Below are positions 59,352 through 64,000 of a stretch of 64,000 bases of DNA, piece by piece; positions within the stretch are counted from its first letter, which is position 1, and every line of letters begins with the position of its first letter. Source of the DNA: Dictyostelium discoideum (taxonomy: Eukaryota); contig CM000151.3 of the NCBI GenBank assembly GCA_000004695.1, positions 5,568,001 through 5,632,000 on the forward strand, written 5' to 3'. The notes below the pieces were generated by a model, which worked only from the letters and a program-made list of their open reading frames with translations, did not search any database and was not told where the DNA came from. Both the position numbers and the translations under genes were made by a program.

Positions 59352-62300
59352 TTATTGAGTTGATTTTGTTAAATCAAACCATTGTCTAAGTGTATCACTA
59401 AGAATTGAAGGAATATTATTTAATGATCTAAGAATAACATAATACATGAATGGGAATTCTGACATATAGTTTGTACGTTGAATTTTACCATTGTTGAAAG
59501 AAATAGACTAATAAAATTATTATAAAAAAAAAAAAAGATTAGTAATTTATTTTTAATTTTTTTTTTTCTTTTTTTTTTTTTAAAATATAAATTTTAAAAA
59601 ATAACTTACTTCAAAATCTAAAATACTATTATTATTAACTGGATTATCAATAACAATGAAAACAATGAAAACATTTTTAATAGAAGCTTCACGGAGATAT
59701 TTCTTTGTAGTTTCTGGATCACGTAAACTCCAACCATCGGAAACAATGAAAACCAATTGCATAGCTGGTTCACCAGAACTTGATTGTTTGTTCATATCCA
59801 TAATTTGGAGAGTTTTTGAAAGGAAGTTAACCATATTGGTTTTAGTTTGTTGGAATTTAAATTGTGTGATAATTTCAGGACCAGTTTGATCAGAGAAAAC
59901 TTGATCGAATGAATGAACCAATTGAACATCTTCACCAAATCTAACGATACCTAATTGACCAACTTCAAGACGTGACATTGCTCTTGAAATCATAGTCATA
60001 GCTTCCAATGCGAAACCACCACTATGATAGGCAGCCATTGATTCAGTATCATCGATTGCTAATAAAACTTGATATTGTCTCTTATTTGGTTTAGTACGTC
60101 TTAACCAGATCTTATCTTTCTTGAATTGGGAGGCAATGTATGGAATAACCTTCTTCATATTGATTCTTTTACCAGATTTGTAATCACCTTGTAATTTAGT
60201 TGCCAAAGTTGGTTCAAGGATAAGTCTTAATTGTTCACAAAGATCTTGAGAAAGGTCATTGGTGAGTTGTTCATATTTCTTCCATAACTCAGTACCAATC
60301 TCTGGATTACTAGAATTTTCAATTTTGTATTGCTCCAATTCTTGTCTCATTCTATCTAAATCTTCACGAGTTAGTTTCTTTTCTTCGACAGATTCTTCAT
60401 CATCTTGATCACCATCTTGTTCCATTTCTTGATCATCACCATCATCTAAAACTGCTTTTTCTTTATCAAGATTTGTAAGATTTTCTAATTGTTCCTTTGT
60501 GAATTGTTCTTTTTGATTTAAACCATCCAATTCATCATCTTGACCATCTTGTTGATCTTTTTCAAGTTTTTCTTTTTCTTTTTCTTTTTGTTGTTTCAAT
60601 TGATCTTGTTTCAATTTTGACATTGAAATCTTTTTATTTTCATCAAGTTGTTGTTTAGAATCATCTTGATGTTCAACCTCTTGTTTATGATCAACATCCA
60701 TATCATCCTCCTCATCGATATCCATTTGATCCTCTTCTTGTTCTGCTTGATCATCTTGGGCTTTATTTTGTGGAATATCTTGTAATTGAGTATCGGTGGC
60801 AGCGGCTAAAGCTTGATCGGTTTCTTCATCTTTATCAAGTTTTTCATCATCTTTAATGAATTCATAATCTTGATTTTCATTTTCTTTGGCGTTTGGATCT
60901 TGTTTTGGTGCTTTTTCTTTTGGTTCAGATGATTGTTCTTCCTCTTCTTCCTCTTGTTCTTGTTTAAGATTTAAACGTTTCTTCCACTCTTTATTTGCAT
61001 CACCCATTGATCTATATGGATTTGGATCTACTTGTTTTTGTTTCTTTGGTGGTTGTTGAGCACTTGATTGTGGTGGTGGTTGAGATTTAAGATTTTTAAG
61101 AGCACCTGTATCATTTTCGGATGGAGTTGGTTGAGTCATACCACTATCGTCATCAGCATTATCTTGATTGGATTCATCTTTCATCTCTTCATCAGTGTTT
61201 GAAACATTTGATTTACTACCAGTTTTATCTTTAACACCCAATGGTTGCTCTGAATCTTTTGGTGTTTCATCTTGTTGTTCATTTGTAGTTAGTGATGTTT
61301 GATCCTCTTCTGGTTGTTCTTTCTCTGGTTCGTCACCTTCAGGATTGATTGAATCAACATTTGATGGATCAATTGGTTGATTTTCTTTATCTTCTTTATC
61401 TTCATCTTCATCACCATCCTCTTTTTCTTCATCTTCTTTCTCTTCGTCACCATCTTGATCAGATTCCTCCTTTTCATCACCATCCAATTCTTTCTTTTTC
61501 TCTTCTTCTTTACTAACATCATCACCATCCATTTCATCCAAAGGATCTTTGAAATCGTCACCACCATCTTGTTGTTCATCATCTTCCTTACCTTCATCTG
61601 GATCTTCTAATTCTAAATCCTCAGGAATTTCCATTTGATCATCACCTCTTGGGTCACCATGATTTTCTTCTTTCTCTTGTTCTTGGTTGATAACATCATC
61701 CTCATTCTCTTCTTGACCGAAATCATCTTCATCACTTGCACCATCGTCAGCATTTTTATTATCATCTTTACCATCTTCCTCTTCATCATCTTTACCTTCT
61801 TCACCCTCTTCATTTTCATCTGGTTTACCATTTTCTTCTTTCTTTTTCTTTTTATCATCTTTCTTATCGTCATCTTTCTTATCGTCATCATTATCATCTT
61901 TACCATCTTGTTTGGCCATCATTTCTTCACTATTGGTTTCATCACCTTTACCTTCTTCATCTTGTTCTTCTTCATCTTGAACATCTTGTTCATCCCAAAG
62001 TTTTTCATCGACGACATTATCTTCTGGTTTTTCAAGGTCACCCATTTCTTTATCATTTTCTTTCTCATTGTTTGGATCATCTTTCTTATCTTCATCTTTA
62101 TTTTCATCTTTTTTAATATCGTGCATTTCACCCTCAAAGTCATCTTGCATATCGAAACCTTCATCTTCATCTTTCTCCTCCTTTTCTTCATCTTCATCTT
62201 CATCCTTTTCTTCCTTCTTTTGAGTGTTTGTATCTTCGATTTGACCTTGATCTTCAAGTTGATCACTAACATCCTTTTTACCTTTACCTTCACCCATACC

Positions 62301-64000
62301 AGTACCTTCAACATCATCTTCGAAATTTGATCTACCACCTTCACCACCTTCACCATCATCGCCACCATCGGCAGGTTTACAGAAACCTTTAGAGTAGAGT
62401 TGAATGAAAACACCAGTTGAAATGTATTCAAGTTTACAACATGTCTTATGATAAGATAAACTATCAACAATCGATTGATTTACAATTAACATGAATTGAG
62501 CTAATAATGGACCCATTTGTTTAATCATTTGTCTATAGATTGATAATGTTGAAACACTACCACCACCATCGACAATGATATTATGAAGTTTAACGAATTG
62601 TTCCAATAATTTTGATAATCTTAATGATTGAACTTGATGATCAATAAATTCACTTAATTTTGAAATACTACCATCTTCAATGGTATATTCTCTAACTTTT
62701 TCTAATTCTTGATCTAATTCTTCTTGTTCTTTATTATAAGCAATGATTTGATTTGATTGAATTTTCAAATCTTGAATTGAAATTAAAATTTGATCAATTA
62801 AAATACCAAATTGATTTGTAAATTCTTTAATATTATTTTGATTTTCAATATCATTATCATTAATTTCATTACCAACTAATTCTTCATATTCTGAATTAAA
62901 TTTATTAATTAATGAATCAATCTGTGAAAAAAAAAAAAAAATTAGTAAATTATTATTAATTATTATTATTTTTTTTTTTTAATACATTACATTATTAATT
63001 AAAATTTGAATTGGTGATTTAATATAATTAATATTTGATAATTTTGATAATAATAATTGATTTAATTTCTCTTTAATTTCTTTAAATTTAGTGAAAATTG
63101 AAATGATTAAATTAATTGTTGACCAAGTCATCATTGGATATTGATTATTAAGGAAAGAGAAGAGATTACGTAATTTAGATTGATGTTTATCAATTTCCGA
63201 TTTAATTGATTCAATGATAATTTGAATCGAACAAATTTCAGGAATAATAGTTGAAATCATACCACCACTAACAGCTGAAGTTGTTTTTCTACAAAGTAAT
63301 AAGATTTCTTTGATAGCTTGATTGAATTGATTTATTGATTCTCTTTGGATTTCAAACCATTTACTTAACATATTATGATTATTAAATATTTGTTCATCGA
63401 TTTCACTATTGCTACCACCACTACCACTAATATTTGTAAATAACTCAGTGAATAAAGTTAAATGATTCCAAGAATTAATTGAATCAATTAAATTATTTCT
63501 TTGATTAATAATTATTGATAAAAAGTGTTCAACATAACCATTAATTCTTTGAACATGTTTACTTGAGAGATCAGAATTATATTCAATTGATAATTGACGT
63601 AATCTATGAACTCTTGAAACGATACGATAATAGTATTGATCGGCTTGATCTAATAATTTAGCACCATTATCAGCGGTAATTTTAGAGAAGGAAGTTGGTA
63701 AATAACCTTGATTATCGGAAATGGTTGGTAAATGTCTAACATTGAAAAGATAAGAGATTTGTAATTGTTCTTGTGGATAACGATTGATATGATATGAAAG
63801 ACCCATCTCGTGGAATTTTGACATTAATTCTTTCAAAGCAAATTCTTTCTCTTGTCTCTTTATTTTTTCATCTGATGATAATTCTTTCAATCTATCAATG
63901 ATTTCAATTGAAAGATCATTGATGATATCAACACCATCTCTAACAACTTTCCAACTATCGGATTCTAAAAGATTCTCTTTACAAATTTGAATCATTCTCT
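59352..64000 (-). CDS. mdn1: Midasin (MDN1, AAA-ATPase ribosome-biogenesis factor), C-terminal portion: D/E-rich linker plus VWA/MIDAS domain. The 5' part lies beyond the window; join(64000..62991,62921..59610,59507..59352)
   Basis: About 600 aa of acidic low complexity (D/E/K) is followed by the VWA domain with MIDAS motif QVLLAIDDTESM (DxTxS), …GIVRFGEDV…MQLVFIVSDG. The final exon after GTAAGT (59609) …AG (59509-08) encodes …MSEFPFMYYVILRSLNNIPSILSDTLRQWFDLTKSTQ*, which matches the midasin C-terminus FPFPYY…LRQWF. The upstream exon (ORF 62979..63995, open to the window edge) joins via GTAATG at 62990 …AG at 62923-22 (69-nt intron, phase 0). Confidence 0.85.

Noticed and set aside
59580-59609. 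ORF-track C-terminus …VSYFLKFIF* of the midasin ORF
   Set aside because: This is read-through into a GTAAGT intron. The real C-terminus is the conserved exon 59507..59352.

Overview
The window is eukaryotic, not prokaryotic. It is about 78% A+T, with long homopolymer A/T intergenic tracts, in-frame poly-Asn (AAT)n and poly-Gln (CAA)n tracts inside ORFs, and short AT-rich introns bounded by GTAAGT/GTATGT...AG. The protein families present (FNIP repeats, SMAP ArfGAP, long-tailed myosin I, DUF599, ponticulin/spore-coat-like Cys-rich proteins) point to a Dictyostelium discoideum-type social-amoeba nuclear chromosome. I therefore annotated spliced gene models rather than operons. I found no rRNA, tRNA, CRISPR or recognisable transposon. 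About 33 protein-coding genes can be supported; several ORF-track entries are intron read-through or antisense translations of repeat tracts. The models that can be named are: nitronate monooxygenase-like; FNIP-repeat protein; divergent CCT-like chaperonin; WWE-domain protein; secreted Cys-rich proteins; DUF599 membrane protein; LTV1; SMAP-type ArfGAP; PA14 / Cys-Thr mucin-like secreted protein(s); a VWC-like Cys-repeat secreted protein; a single-polypeptide SbcD(Mre11-like nuclease)-SbcC(Rad50-like ATPase) fusion; a PH-domain coiled-coil protein; long-tailed myosin I with SH3; a tRNA-binding-domain protein; a rhomboid protease; queuine tRNA-ribosyltransferase; an N/Q-rich nuclear protein; SLC35F5-like transporter; a GlcNAc-transferase-like (DxH) glycosyltransferase; a UBIAD1/MenA-like prenyltransferase with an apparent frameshift; a ubiquitin-like-domain protein; an SDR oxidoreductase; an EGF/TIG transmembrane protein; a FNIP-repeat protein kinase; and the C-terminal ~4.6 kb of midasin. 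The most unusual item is the bacterial-style SbcD-SbcC fusion (22467..25823). All coordinates were hand-indexed from the printed sequence; splice junctions carry +/-1-2 nt uncertainty.
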